From an uncultured Bacteroidales bacterium (GTDB lineage Bacteria > Bacteroidota > Bacteroidia > Bacteroidales > B18-G4), in assembly GCA_964487735.1 (NCBI GenBank), contig CAZASJ010000009.1:388-63972 (forward strand): 63,585 nt of DNA, written 5' to 3'. Shown here one piece after another: positions 1-9,953 of the stretch. Numbering within the stretch: position 1 is the stretch's first letter; every line of letters begins with the position of its first letter. The position numbers and the translations under genes were made by a program. The notes below the pieces were generated by a model. It did no database searches. It saw only the letters and a program-made list of their open reading frames with translations, and was not told the DNA's origin.

Positions 1-1390
1 TCTGCTTCTCTTCCAGGTAGGCGACAATCTTATCATGCAAATTTTCACGTTCGAAAGGATCGATATTTTTTATAACACCGGCCACATCCATAAGCAATTG
101 TCCGGTATTTTCCTTCCATCTTTTCTTGACGGTTTTTTCGTCGTATTCTATCGGTGCTTCAAAAAAGAAAGAAGACTGTTCCCAAATCTCACTTACAAAA
201 TTCACCCTTTCTTTTACAAGCCCGACTATCCTTTCCATGAACCCTGCACCCTGCACCTGGTAGCCTTTTCCCTCCACAATAGCAGCAAATTCAGCTGCCA
301 GTTCAGCATCGCTTCTCATGATGAGATACTGATGATTGAACCACTTTGCTTTTTCCGGATCAAAGCGTGCCCCGGACTTGCCTACACGATCTATGCTGAA
401 GTTTACGGCCAATTCTGCCATATCAAAGATTTCCTGTTCTGTGCCCGGATTCCATCCCAATAAGGCCAGCATATTTATAAAGGCATCGGGAAAATAACCA
501 TCTTCCCTGTATCCTCTTGAAACATCACCATTTTTAGGGTCTGTCCATTCCAGTGGAAACACCGGAAAACCCATCTTGTCACCATCGCGTTTGCTAAGCT
601 TCCCCTTTCCGTCAGGCTTTAATAATAATGGCAAATGTGCAAATCTGGGCATATCCTCTTCCCAGCCCAGGTAGCGATAAAGCAAGGTATGGAGCGGCAA
701 TGAGGGTAGCCATTCTTCACCACGAATAACATGGCTGATTTTCATTAAATAATCATCAACCACATTGGCAAGGTGGTATGTTGGCATTCCATCCGATTTG
801 TATAATACTTTATCATCCAGGGTAGACGATTCGACGGAAACATCTTTCCTGATCTCATCGTGAACCCTGATGGTTTCCCCTTCGGGGATCTTTATCCTGA
901 TCACATACGGATCACCTACCGATAACCTTCTCATGACCTCTTCATTAGACAAAGTCAGGGAATTCGTCATTTTCATTCTTGATGCCGGATTATAGCTGGT
1001 ATAAATTGCCCCGGCCGCCTCCAGCTCTTTACGCATTTTTTCAAGTTCTTCCGGTGTATCAAAAGCATAATATGCATGCCCGCTCTTCACAAGATTCCGG
1101 GCATAATCCAGGTAAATTCCTTTACGCTCTGATTGCTTATACGGGCCGTAATCTCCGCCAATGCCAACCCCTTCATCAAATTCAACTCCACACCACTTAA
1201 AGGATTCCACAATATAGGCCTCAGCACCTTCCACAAACCTGTTCTGGTCGGTATCTTCTATCCGTAAAATCATCTTACCGCCATTGTGCTTTGCAAAAAG
1301 ATAGTTATACAGAGCTGTTCGCACTCCGCCAATATGCAATGGGCCGGTAGGACTTGGTGCGAAACGCACGCGAATTGGTTTACTTGTCAT
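1..1390 (-). CDS. gltX: Glutamate--tRNA ligase (3' end runs off the window)
   Basis: Not in the ORF track because it has no stop in the window. Translated by hand from ATG at 1390: MTSKPIRVRFAPSPTGPLHIGG (HIGH motif), RIEDTD, RGEEW, KLSKR (KMSKS motif). Confidence 0.97.
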   Translation of the reverse strand, partial: MTSKPIRVRFAPSPTGPLHIGGVRTALYNYLFAKHNGGKMILRIEDTDQNRFVEGAEAYIVESFKWCGVEFDEGVGIGGDYGPYKQSERKGIYLDYARNLVKSGHAYYAFDTPEELEKMRKELEAAGAIYTSYNPASRMKMTNSLTLSNEEVMRRLSVGDPYVIRIKIPEGETIRVHDEIRKDVSVESSTLDDKVLYKSDGMPTYHLANVVDDYLMKISHVIRGEEWLPSLPLHTLLYRYLGWEEDMPRFAHLPLLLKPDGKGKLSKRDGDKMGFPVFPLEWTDPKNGDVSRGYREDGYFPDAFINMLALLGWNPGTEQEIFDMAELAVNFSIDRVGKSGARFDPEKAKWFNHQYLIMRSDAELAAEFAAIVEGKGYQVQGAGFMERIVGLVKERVNFVSEIWEQSSFFFEAPIEYDEKTVKKRWKENTGQLLMDVAGVIKNIDPFERENLHDKIVAYLEEKQ

Positions 1391-1408
1391 TTAAGTTCTA
1401 TTTTGCGC

Positions 1409-1416
1409 CAAAGATA
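1409..1416 (-). promoter_or_regulatory. Bacteroidetes housekeeping promoter -7 box for gltX
   Basis: TATCTTTG on the minus strand (TAnnTTTG consensus), about 20 nt upstream of the gltX ATG. Confidence 0.65.
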
Positions 1417-1421
1417 GCAAG

Positions 1422-1457
1422 AAAAAAGGATGACATCCCTGGCGGGATACCATCCTT
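1422..1457 (-). terminator. Intrinsic terminator of the M1 aminopeptidase gene
   Basis: Stem AAGGATG...CATCCTT with an inner ATCCC/GGGAT stem, followed by a T-run on the minus strand, about 20 nt after the stop. Confidence 0.7.
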
Positions 1458-1478
1458 AGAATTATACTTTTTGAAATT

Positions 1479-3446
1479 TTACATCTTCACAAAACGCTTT
1501 GTAATGCTTTGATCGCCATCCTGTACTTTGATGAGATAAGAGCCTTTTGGTAATGCGGAAGCATCAAGCCTGATGCTTTCACCCGACTTTTCTGTTTCCA
1601 GCATAGTGCGTCCAGTCATATCGTGTACACTGATCTTAACATTACTGCCGCTTGTATTCGCCATATAAATGTTCATGTAATCAGTCACAGGGTTGGGTCC
1701 GAAAGTAAAATAAGCAGGGCTTTCTGTTTCTTCAATTCCTACGGATATCGAACCGGTTTTATTCAGAACCCAATTGTTCGGATCTATCATAATACCTCCA
1801 ACATCACCCGGCAAAGGAATCGTAAACTGGGTAAAGTTCGCATCATGTTCAAGCGTAATCACAGTATCCACTTCTGTGGTCACAACCCTGTATTCCATTT
1901 TCATTTTAAAAAGAGGAGTAACAGAAGGCATTGAGGTGGTTTGGGTAACATTCATGTTCAGCCCTTCCGGAGTCTGGTTCCAAACAACACTATAGATTGG
2001 ATAACCCTCACCAAAATACCATTGGTTGAAAAAGTCAGTAAAGTCTTCACCGCTTAGTTCTTCGGTAACAGCTTTAAAATCCATCCCGGTAGCTGTGCTG
2101 TCGGTAAACCTGGTCTGGAATTCATCCATAATTGCAAAGAACAGATCATCGTCCTGGAGTTCGAAACGAATCATATGAATGATGGAAGCTCCTTTATCAT
2201 ACGACAACCTTCCGCTGAAGATCCTGAAGATATCATCTATCTGGCTGGGGGGTACATAAACGCTTCCGCCGGCCTGGCTAAGCACACTGTTATGTGTGGA
2301 GTTCATCCAGCTGTTGGCTGAAGACTGGCCCTCCAGGTATTGCCTGGCAAGATATTCGCCATATGAGGCAAATCCTTCATTGATCCAGATATCCGACCAG
2401 GTAGCACAGGTAACATTATCACCAAACCACATATGGCCTAATTCATGGGATACAAGATCGTAGTTAAAGCCTCCGATGGTGGTCATGGTCTGATGTTCCA
2501 TCCCTCCGCCAAGTTGGGTTAAACAATGCCCATATTTTTCTTCATGGAAAGGATAAAGGATATACAGGTCTGAAAACAATTCAATGAAATCAACCGTTTG
2601 GTCGATGTCATCTTTATATGCATTCACAATATTAGGGTCATTGTAAAGGAAATTCTGTACCAGGATGGAGTCGCCACCCATCTCATCAGGTTTAGCATAA
2701 ATATTATATTCCAGATAGTCAGAAACGGCAAATGAAATCAGGTAATAGGCAATAGGATAGTTGGATTTCCACTCATATCTGAGCTTATTGTCGGGCATGG
2801 GGGTTACTGCTGTCAGCAATCCTTGCGATCCTGCCATGTACATTTCTGCAGTCGTAAGAAATACCCAGACTGAATCTGCTTTATCAGGCAATACCTGTTT
2901 TACCGGAAACCAGTCGCGTGCAGCATACGGTTCTGAAAGTGTCCAGGTAACATCTTTATTCCATGTGCCTGAATAGCTGTTGCTGATGCCTGAGAAAAAC
3001 CCACCTGTTGGAGGTGTTCCCTGATAATATACCTGAACGATGAAGTTGTCACCCTGGTTGAGTGTAGCAGGTGTCAACATAAATATATGGTCATTGGTAT
3101 GCGTTACGCTCACCATAACTCCATTAATATAGGCAGAATCAACGGTCATTTCGTCGAGAAATTCCAATGCCAGAGTGTCGAGTGTTGCGGAAACAACCTC
3201 AGCATGTATGCTTACATTTCCGCTTACAAATACGTTTTCGGGACTTACTTCGATGTCGAGGTGGTAAAATTTTACGTCATAATCCCAGAGAAAATCGCTC
3301 TGAAAGTAAAAGATTGCTTCTGCTCCCTTATGTTGATGACCCTTTGCGTGTTTACATCCAATATGATTATCGGTGGGTTCGTTCCATTGCCCGAAAGCTG
3401 TTACGGCAACAAAAAAGATGGCAGATAAAAGAATTAATTTTTTCAT
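1479..3446 (-). CDS. M1 family aminopeptidase with T9SS type A C-terminal sorting domain
   Basis: Signal peptide; GGMEH exopeptidase motif; HELGH followed by NEG zinc motif; C-terminus has GPNP...GSYLIKV...KRFVK CTD pattern. Confidence 0.92.
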   Translation of the reverse strand: MKKLILLSAIFFVAVTAFGQWNEPTDNHIGCKHAKGHQHKGAEAIFYFQSDFLWDYDVKFYHLDIEVSPENVFVSGNVSIHAEVVSATLDTLALEFLDEMTVDSAYINGVMVSVTHTNDHIFMLTPATLNQGDNFIVQVYYQGTPPTGGFFSGISNSYSGTWNKDVTWTLSEPYAARDWFPVKQVLPDKADSVWVFLTTAEMYMAGSQGLLTAVTPMPDNKLRYEWKSNYPIAYYLISFAVSDYLEYNIYAKPDEMGGDSILVQNFLYNDPNIVNAYKDDIDQTVDFIELFSDLYILYPFHEEKYGHCLTQLGGGMEHQTMTTIGGFNYDLVSHELGHMWFGDNVTCATWSDIWINEGFASYGEYLARQYLEGQSSANSWMNSTHNSVLSQAGGSVYVPPSQIDDIFRIFSGRLSYDKGASIIHMIRFELQDDDLFFAIMDEFQTRFTDSTATGMDFKAVTEELSGEDFTDFFNQWYFGEGYPIYSVVWNQTPEGLNMNVTQTTSMPSVTPLFKMKMEYRVVTTEVDTVITLEHDANFTQFTIPLPGDVGGIMIDPNNWVLNKTGSISVGIEETESPAYFTFGPNPVTDYMNIYMANTSGSNVKISVHDMTGRTMLETEKSGESIRLDASALPKGSYLIKVQDGDQSITKRFVKM

Positions 3447-3597
3447 TTTTATATTGCATTTTAGTATTAAGTGCTCAATATTAGCTAATAAGTTAACATA
3501 TTGGGATGATTTTTGTTTATTTCTCAGTGATTTGTTTCCAAAGGATACAGTATCACGGCAAAAACTCAGTTAAAAATGGAGTACAAGGCTGATTGAT

Positions 3598-3605
3598 TAC
3601 CTTTG
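3598..3605 (+). promoter_or_regulatory. Promoter -7 box of the DUF4175-ybeY-mnmG block
   Basis: TACCTTTG, 55 nt upstream of the ATG at 3661. Confidence 0.6.
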
Positions 3606-3660
3606 TATTCCGATTTGAAATAATTGCTTTGAAATATCCGTTCAGGATATTAGAAAATAA

Positions 3661-6600
3661 ATGCAGGATAACTACAACATATTGATCCATAAACTGCGGC
3701 AATTTATCCGCAGATACTACATGAGCCGCATGCTACGTGGGGCCATTTGGTTTGTTGCGGTATTCGCATTTTTCTTCCTGCTCATCAATGCATTTGAATA
3801 CTATTCATGGAGCAGCGTTGCAATCCGAACGAGCCTTTTTTACCTCTACCTTTCCTTAAATGCCATCATTCTGGTGAAACTTGTTATCATCCCCCTCCTT
3901 AAGCTTTTTAGGATCGGAGGTGTGATCAGTGATGATGAGGCTGCAAAAATTATTGGCAGACACTTTCCCGAGGTTCAGGATAAGCTGATCAACACCTTGC
4001 AGCTTAAGCGCCTCAGTAAAGAAAACGGAACCCTTGTGTTGCTTGAGGCAAGCATTGAGCAAAAAACAAAAAGCCTTCACCCTGTACCCTTTGCAAAGGC
4101 TGTAGACCTGAAGAAGAACCGCAAATACCTCAGGTATGCCGTACCTCCTATTCTTTTGATCCTTATATTGCTTTTTACAGCCCCCTCTACCATCACAGAG
4201 CCTTCTAAACGATTGGTCCACCACAGGGAACATTTCGATCGTCCCTTGCCTTTCAGTATTATCGTGACAAATGAAAAACTGGAGGCCATACAACAAGAGG
4301 ATTTTATCCTTAACATCAGGGTTGATGGTGAAGAAATGCCGGCGAACATTTACCTTTCTGCAGGAAAAAGCCTCCTTCCATTTCAACGAAACAATCAGGG
4401 AGGCTTTCAATATACCCTGAACAACCTGCAGCAAGACCTTCAGTTCAGTATTATCGCTGAAGGTTTTACATTCGGACCATATACTATTCGTGTATTCCCA
4501 AAGCCCATTATTATCAATTATGAAGTCTCGCTCGACTTTCCTGCCTACACAGGAAAAAAAGACAAGCTATTCGAAAATACAGGTGATTTTGTAGTACCGG
4601 AAGGGACCTATGTCAGCTGGAAAATCCTTACAAGGGATACACGGCTTATTACTTTTCGCTTTCCTGATAAAACGGTTCCGATTGAATCGGGAAACTCCAA
4701 TGCTTTTGTTCACAAAATGCGTTTGTTCGAAAGCATCCCTTATTCCATTGCTGCGGCAAATGATTACCTGACAAATCCGGATACCCTTATCTATGCCATC
4801 ACTGTTATTCCCGATATATATCCCACGGCCATTTTTGAAGAATTTCGCGATTCTGTTTACGACAAACGATTGTATTTCAGGGGCCAGATCAGCGATGATT
4901 ATGGTTTCTCTAATCTGGTATTCAATTATGAGTTCCTGAATAATTTTGATTCCACCCGTATTGAAGGAAGGACCTATTCCAATCCTGTATTGTATTCACC
5001 GGGCATGTCAAAACAAATGGTTTACCATCACTTTGACCTGACACAATTAAATGTGGGCCCGGGCGATGAGGTGGCCTACTATTTTGAAGTTTGGGACAAT
5101 GATGAGGTCAACGGTTACAAAAGCAGCCGTTCACACAAAATGATCTTCAGGGCGCCCAGCCTGGAAGAGATCAATGAGCTGACAGATTCCGATAACAGTG
5201 AAATAAAGGATGAAATGGAAGACATCATCCGCGAGGCCAAAATGCTGCAACAACAGATTGAAAAGCTGAACAAACAACTGATCGAAAAAGAAAATCTTGA
5301 GTGGCAGGAAAAGGAACAATTGCGCCAATTGCTGAATCAGCAGCAACAACTTCAGGAAAGGATTGATCTTCTGGACCAGAAAAACCTGGAAAAGAACAAT
5401 CGCGAACAGGAATATAAGAACATAGATGAAGACATCCTTCAGAAACAGGAACAACTCCAGGAACTTTTTAATGAGGTGATGTCAGATGAAATGAAGAAAC
5501 TGTTCGAGGAATTGCAAAAGATGCTTGAAGAGATCAGTAAGGACGAGCTTAGTGAAATGCTTGAAAAGATGGAAATGAGCGCCGAGGAAATAGAAGAAAA
5601 TCTTGATAAGAACCTCGAATTGTTCAAGCAGCTTGAATTTGACAAAAAACTTACTGAAACCATTGAAGAACTGAGTAAACTGGCCGAAAAGCAGGAAGAG
5701 CTTTCCGAAGAAACCGAAGACCGGAAAGCGGACGAGGAAGAGCTGGCTGCAAAGCAGGAGGAATTAAACAAGGAGTTTGAGGAGCTGCGTGAAAACATTG
5801 AGGAGCTGAATAAGCTGAATGAGGAACTCGAAGATCCCAATAATATGGACGATACCGAAGAGCAGGAAAAAAGCATTCAGGAGGACATGGAAAAAAGCCT
5901 GGATGAATTAAAGGAGGGAAGCAAAAAGAAAGCCGCTCCATCCCAAAAAAGTGCAGCTAAAAAAATGCAGGAAATGTCAGAATCCCTTTTTGAGATGCAG
6001 TCGCAAATGGCACAGGAGTCAGCCTCAGAAGACATACGTGTTTTAAGAGAGATTCTTGAAAACCTGTTGGTCATTTCTTTTGATCAGGAGGACCTCATCG
6101 CTGAACTTGAAAACACCAGCACAAGCGATCCCCGTTATCCGGATATCATTGAGCGCCAGCATGAGCTGCAGGATAATATGAAGATCATTGAAGACTCTCT
6201 TTTTGCCCTTAGCAAGCGTCAGATGATGATCGAGCCATTTGTGATTAAGGAGGTCGACAAGATCCGTAAGAATATGGAGGATGCCAATGAGAGGCTTGAA
6301 GAGCGGAAAACAGGAAATGCAGCAGCATCGCAACAATATGCCATGACTTCCGTAAACAACCTTGCCCTGCTGCTTTCGGAAGCACTGAATAAAATGCAGC
6401 AGCAACAAAATATGGACATGCCCGGCAATTCAAGTTGCGACAATCCGGGTGGAAGCAAGCCAGGCAAAATGCCCCAGAATATGAGTGAAATGCAAAAGCA
6501 GCTCAACCAGCAGATGCAGAAAATGAAGGACGGGCAGCAAAAAGGCGGAGAAAAGGGAAAGGGCGGACAGCCATCGGAGGGAGAACAATTCGCACGAATG

Positions 6601-7002
6601 GCTGCTGAGCAGGAAGCAATTCGCCGGCAAATGCAAAAATATTTGGATGAATTAAAATCCATGGGAAAAACAGGCGAAGGAGGACTCAATAAGCTTATGG
6701 AAGATATGGAAAAAACCGAGCTTGACCTTGTAAATAAGCGACTTACAGAAGAAACGATGCAGAGGCAGGAGGAGATTGTTACCCGTCTTCTCAAACATGA
6801 AAAAGCCTTTCGCGAAAGAGAAAAAGAAGAGCGGCGTGAATCGAATGAGGCAATAAATCAAGATTACAGTAACCCTAATGATTTTTTAGAGTATAAGAGA
6901 ATATTATCTAAAGAAGTTGAACTACTAAAAACAGTTCCACCCGATTTAAAACCATATTATAAACGCAAAGTGAATGAATATTTTTATAACTTTGGTAATT
7001 AA
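3661..7002 (+). CDS. DUF4175-like membrane-anchored long coiled-coil protein
   Basis: Three N-terminal TM segments, a beta-rich middle, a long E/Q/K coiled coil and a Q/G/M-rich tail ending YYKRKVNEYF; matches the Bacteroidetes protein usually found next to ybeY-mnmG. Confidence 0.75.
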   Translation: MQDNYNILIHKLRQFIRRYYMSRMLRGAIWFVAVFAFFFLLINAFEYYSWSSVAIRTSLFYLYLSLNAIILVKLVIIPLLKLFRIGGVISDDEAAKIIGRHFPEVQDKLINTLQLKRLSKENGTLVLLEASIEQKTKSLHPVPFAKAVDLKKNRKYLRYAVPPILLILILLFTAPSTITEPSKRLVHHREHFDRPLPFSIIVTNEKLEAIQQEDFILNIRVDGEEMPANIYLSAGKSLLPFQRNNQGGFQYTLNNLQQDLQFSIIAEGFTFGPYTIRVFPKPIIINYEVSLDFPAYTGKKDKLFENTGDFVVPEGTYVSWKILTRDTRLITFRFPDKTVPIESGNSNAFVHKMRLFESIPYSIAAANDYLTNPDTLIYAITVIPDIYPTAIFEEFRDSVYDKRLYFRGQISDDYGFSNLVFNYEFLNNFDSTRIEGRTYSNPVLYSPGMSKQMVYHHFDLTQLNVGPGDEVAYYFEVWDNDEVNGYKSSRSHKMIFRAPSLEEINELTDSDNSEIKDEMEDIIREAKMLQQQIEKLNKQLIEKENLEWQEKEQLRQLLNQQQQLQERIDLLDQKNLEKNNREQEYKNIDEDILQKQEQLQELFNEVMSDEMKKLFEELQKMLEEISKDELSEMLEKMEMSAEEIEENLDKNLELFKQLEFDKKLTETIEELSKLAEKQEELSEETEDRKADEEELAAKQEELNKEFEELRENIEELNKLNEELEDPNNMDDTEEQEKSIQEDMEKSLDELKEGSKKKAAPSQKSAAKKMQEMSESLFEMQSQMAQESASEDIRVLREILENLLVISFDQEDLIAELENTSTSDPRYPDIIERQHELQDNMKIIEDSLFALSKRQMMIEPFVIKEVDKIRKNMEDANERLEERKTGNAAASQQYAMTSVNNLALLLSEALNKMQQQQNMDMPGNSSCDNPGGSKPGKMPQNMSEMQKQLNQQMQKMKDGQQKGGEKGKGGQPSEGEQFARMAAEQEAIRRQMQKYLDELKSMGKTGEGGLNKLMEDMEKTELDLVNKRLTEETMQRQEEIVTRLLKHEKAFREREKEERRESNEAINQDYSNPNDFLEYKRILSKEVELLKTVPPDLKPYYKRKVNEYFYNFGN

Positions 7003-7013
7003 ATTAATAGACC

Positions 7014-7496
7014 ATGGGTAGGAAGGAAACACTAACTCTAGACTCCAGGCCTGAAAACATCAGTTCCATCGAACGTTTCGTAGAAGAAATCTGCGATTAC
7101 TATAATATTAACGATACCTATTTCGGAAATATTCTGATTGCTCTTACTGAAGCTTACAGGAATGCCCTTGATCATGGCAACCAAAATGATCCTGAAAAAA
7201 AGATCCGGCTTGTATTTGAATCTAAACCAAAAGGCTTGTCTTTTACGATTTGTGATGAAGGCAAGGGATTTGATCCTGATCGGGTCCCCGATCCGCTTGA
7301 CCTTGAGATCAGTGCCGACACAGAAAGTGGACGCGGGCTGTTTTTGATGCGCACCTTAAGCGATAAAATGATTATCAGCGATGAGGGTAGAAGTATTGAA
7401 ATGTTCTTCCGCATTTCTGGCATCGGCCACGAAGCCATGAAAAAACGGATGACTCATTTTAACGAATACTACCAGACCAAAAAGCAAAAAGTTTGA
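7014..7496 (+). CDS. ATP-binding protein, RsbW/SpoIIAB-like HATPase_c (anti-sigma-type kinase)
   Basis: N box EAYRNALDHG, G1 DEGKGF, G2 GRGLFL; no His-phosphoacceptor domain. Confidence 0.85.
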   Translation: MGRKETLTLDSRPENISSIERFVEEICDYYNINDTYFGNILIALTEAYRNALDHGNQNDPEKKIRLVFESKPKGLSFTICDEGKGFDPDRVPDPLDLEISADTESGRGLFLMRTLSDKMIISDEGRSIEMFFRISGIGHEAMKKRMTHFNEYYQTKKQKV

Positions 7497-7521
7497 TCCG
7501 TTTCATCCATCCTCTTTTAAC

Positions 7522-7950
7522 ATGAATGCCCTGATACAATTCTTCCCCGAAGAAGTTGATTTCAATTTTGGGAATGATTCTGTTATTCGCCAATGGATCA
7601 TTGATACCATTAAAGCTGAAGGTAAAAATGCCGGTGTAATCAATCTTATTTTTTGCAATGATGAATACCTTCTTGACCTGAATCAACGCTTTCTTGAGCG
7701 GGACACACTTACGGATGTGATTGCTTTTGATTATCACGAAGACGAATCAGATGTTTCTGGAGATATTTTCATTAGCATTGAACGCATTGAAGATAATGCA
7801 GATCAATTTAATCAGTCATTTCTGGAAGAAGTACACAGGGTTGTGATCCATGGTGTTCTCCACTTATGCGGTTACTCAGACAAGGCGGCAGAGGAAAAAT
7901 CAGCAATGACCCTTAAAGAAGATTATTATCTATCTTTACTGCCTCACTAA
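7522..7950 (+). CDS. ybeY: rRNA maturation RNase YbeY
   Basis: TDVIAF, GDIFIS and HGVLHLCGYSD (HxxxHxxGxxD) motifs. Confidence 0.96.
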   Translation: MNALIQFFPEEVDFNFGNDSVIRQWIIDTIKAEGKNAGVINLIFCNDEYLLDLNQRFLERDTLTDVIAFDYHEDESDVSGDIFISIERIEDNADQFNQSFLEEVHRVVIHGVLHLCGYSDKAAEEKSAMTLKEDYYLSLLPH

Positions 7951-7972
7951 AACAGCTTTTTGATTCCTTTCT

Positions 7973-9850
7973 ATGAACATTTTCGGCCAATATGATGTGA
8001 TCGTTGTAGGCGCCGGCCATTCCGGCTGCGAAGCTGCTGCTGCTGCTGCCCGACTGGGGTCTTCAGTGCTGCTGATCACGATGAACATGGAAAACATGGC
8101 CCAAATGTCATGCAATCCTGCCATGGGGGGTATTGCTAAAGGGCAGATTATCAGGGAGATAGATGCTTTGGGCGGATTGTCTGCCATCGTTACCGATAAA
8201 ACCATGATACAGTTCAGGATGCTCAATAAATCCAAGGGTCCGGCCATGTGGAGTCCCAGGGCTCAGAGCGACCGTATGTTGTTTTCCAGAGAATGGAGAA
8301 ATCAACTGGAGCAAATCCGTAAGCTGGATTTTCTGCAGGACATGGTCATATCACTTCGTATCAAGGATAAGCGGGTTTCCGGAGTTAAAACAGCTATGGG
8401 GCATGAGATAGACGCTAAGGCAGTTATACTCACCAATGGAACATTTCTTAATGGGATTATTCATATAGGTGAGAAAAAGATCTCGGGGGGCCGGATGGGT
8501 GAGATTGCTTCCAGGGGCATCACCGAAAGCCTGGTTGAGCTTGGCTTTGAAGCATCCAGAATGAAAACAGGAACGCCAGTGCGTATTGACGGCAGAACCA
8601 TTGATTTTTCAAAGCTTGAAGAACAGCCCGGAGATGAAGTACCCATGAAATTCTCTTTTACCGATACACCTCCCTTAAAGAAACAACGCAGCTGCTATCT
8701 TGCTTACACCAATATCAGGGTGCACGACAAACTGCGTACAGGTTTTGAGTTCTCGCCTATGTTCGCCGGACGTATTGAAGGTATCGGCCCCAGGTACTGC
8801 CCATCCATAGAAGACAAGATCGACCGTTTTTCAGGAAAAGATCAGCACCAGCTTTTTGTAGAGCCTGAGGGTTGGACTACCATAGAATATTACCTGAACG
8901 GATTTTCTTCTTCCCTGCCGGAGGAAGTGCAATTCAAAGCACTCCAATTGATCCCGGGATTTGAAAATGCCAAAATCTTCCGGCCGGGCTATGCCATAGA
9001 ATATGATTATTTCCCCCCTGTGCAGTTAAAATATTCGCTGGAAACAAAATTAGTTGAGAATTTATATTTTGCCGGCCAGATTAATGGAACTACAGGATAT
9101 GAAGAGGCCGCTTCACAGGGCTTGATGGCAGGAATCAATGCCCACAGGAAAATTAATGAACTTGATATGTTTGTCCTGGCCCGATCTGATGCCTATATTG
9201 GCGTATTAATTGATGACCTGATCACAAAGGGCGTGGACGAGCCCTACCGTATGTTCACTTCACGGGCAGAATACCGCATTCTGCTCAGACAAGACAATGC
9301 AGACCTCCGCCTCACTCCCATAGGACATGAGATCGGCCTTGCCGATCAGGCCCGGATGGACAGGGTGCTGAAGAAAGAGCATCACCTGAAGGATATCATT
9401 AAATACTGTAAAAAACAAAGCGTATCGCCTGATGAAGTAAATCATTTGCTGACTGAAATGGATACGGACCCCCTCAGGCAAAAAGTTAAGATTGACACCC
9501 TCTTACTCCGGCCACAAGTTCATTTCAAGGACCTGATTTCGGTAGTCCCCCACCTTTCTGCTTTCCTCCAGGGAATAGAGAATATCAATGAGGAGATCAT
9601 TGAACAAGCTGAAATAAGGATTAAATACCAGGGGTATATTGACAAAGAGCGTGACCTTGCAAATAAGTTGGGACGGCTTGAAAACCTCATTATCAAAAAT
9701 GACATTGACTACTCCCAGCTTACATCCCTTTCTTTTGAAGCACGTGAAAAGCTATCCAAAATTCAGCCCAGAACCATTGGGCAGGCTGCCAGGATAAGCG
9801 GTGTTTCTCCGGCAGACATATCTGTTCTTGCAATTTATCTGGGGAGTTGA
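7973..9850 (+). CDS. mnmG: tRNA uridine-5-carboxymethylaminomethyl(34) synthesis enzyme MnmG (GidA)
   Basis: VVGAGHSG FAD motif, MSCNPAMGG, GPRYCPSIEDK, GQINGTTGYEEAA, RMFTSRAEYR. Confidence 0.99.
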   Translation: MNIFGQYDVIVVGAGHSGCEAAAAAARLGSSVLLITMNMENMAQMSCNPAMGGIAKGQIIREIDALGGLSAIVTDKTMIQFRMLNKSKGPAMWSPRAQSDRMLFSREWRNQLEQIRKLDFLQDMVISLRIKDKRVSGVKTAMGHEIDAKAVILTNGTFLNGIIHIGEKKISGGRMGEIASRGITESLVELGFEASRMKTGTPVRIDGRTIDFSKLEEQPGDEVPMKFSFTDTPPLKKQRSCYLAYTNIRVHDKLRTGFEFSPMFAGRIEGIGPRYCPSIEDKIDRFSGKDQHQLFVEPEGWTTIEYYLNGFSSSLPEEVQFKALQLIPGFENAKIFRPGYAIEYDYFPPVQLKYSLETKLVENLYFAGQINGTTGYEEAASQGLMAGINAHRKINELDMFVLARSDAYIGVLIDDLITKGVDEPYRMFTSRAEYRILLRQDNADLRLTPIGHEIGLADQARMDRVLKKEHHLKDIIKYCKKQSVSPDEVNHLLTEMDTDPLRQKVKIDTLLLRPQVHFKDLISVVPHLSAFLQGIENINEEIIEQAEIRIKYQGYIDKERDLANKLGRLENLIIKNDIDYSQLTSLSFEAREKLSKIQPRTIGQAARISGVSPADISVLAIYLGS

Positions 9851-9858
9851 GCCCTTAT

Positions 9859-9874
9859 GGTTCCACGTGAAACG
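9859..9874. promoter_or_regulatory. parS-like centromere site 1
   Basis: gGTTCCACGTGAAACg matches the 14-bp core of the bacterial parS consensus TGTTNCACGTGAAACA. Confidence 0.75.
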
Positions 9875-9922
9875 AAACCTCAGAAATCGCCTTAAAGAGT
9901 CATCATCTTTCTAATTATAAAT

Positions 9923-9930
9923 TATCTTTG
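9923..9930 (+). promoter_or_regulatory. Promoter -7 box of the methyltransferase gene
   Basis: TATCTTTG, 23 nt upstream of the ATG at 9954. Confidence 0.65.
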
Positions 9931-9937
9931 CACATTA

Positions 9938-9953
9938 AGTTCCACGTGAAACC
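9938..9953. promoter_or_regulatory. parS-like centromere site 2
   Basis: aGTTCCACGTGAAACc; the 14-bp core is identical to site 1 and lies 79 bp downstream, abutting the ATG at 9954. Confidence 0.75.

Noticed and set aside
35-463. 142-aa plus-strand ORF at the window start
   Set aside because: Antisense to gltX, which the track missed because it has no stop in the window.
5131-6861. Cluster of long Ser/Leu/Phe-rich minus-strand ORFs
   Set aside because: Antisense shadows of the Glu/Lys/Gln-rich coiled coil; no independent motifs.
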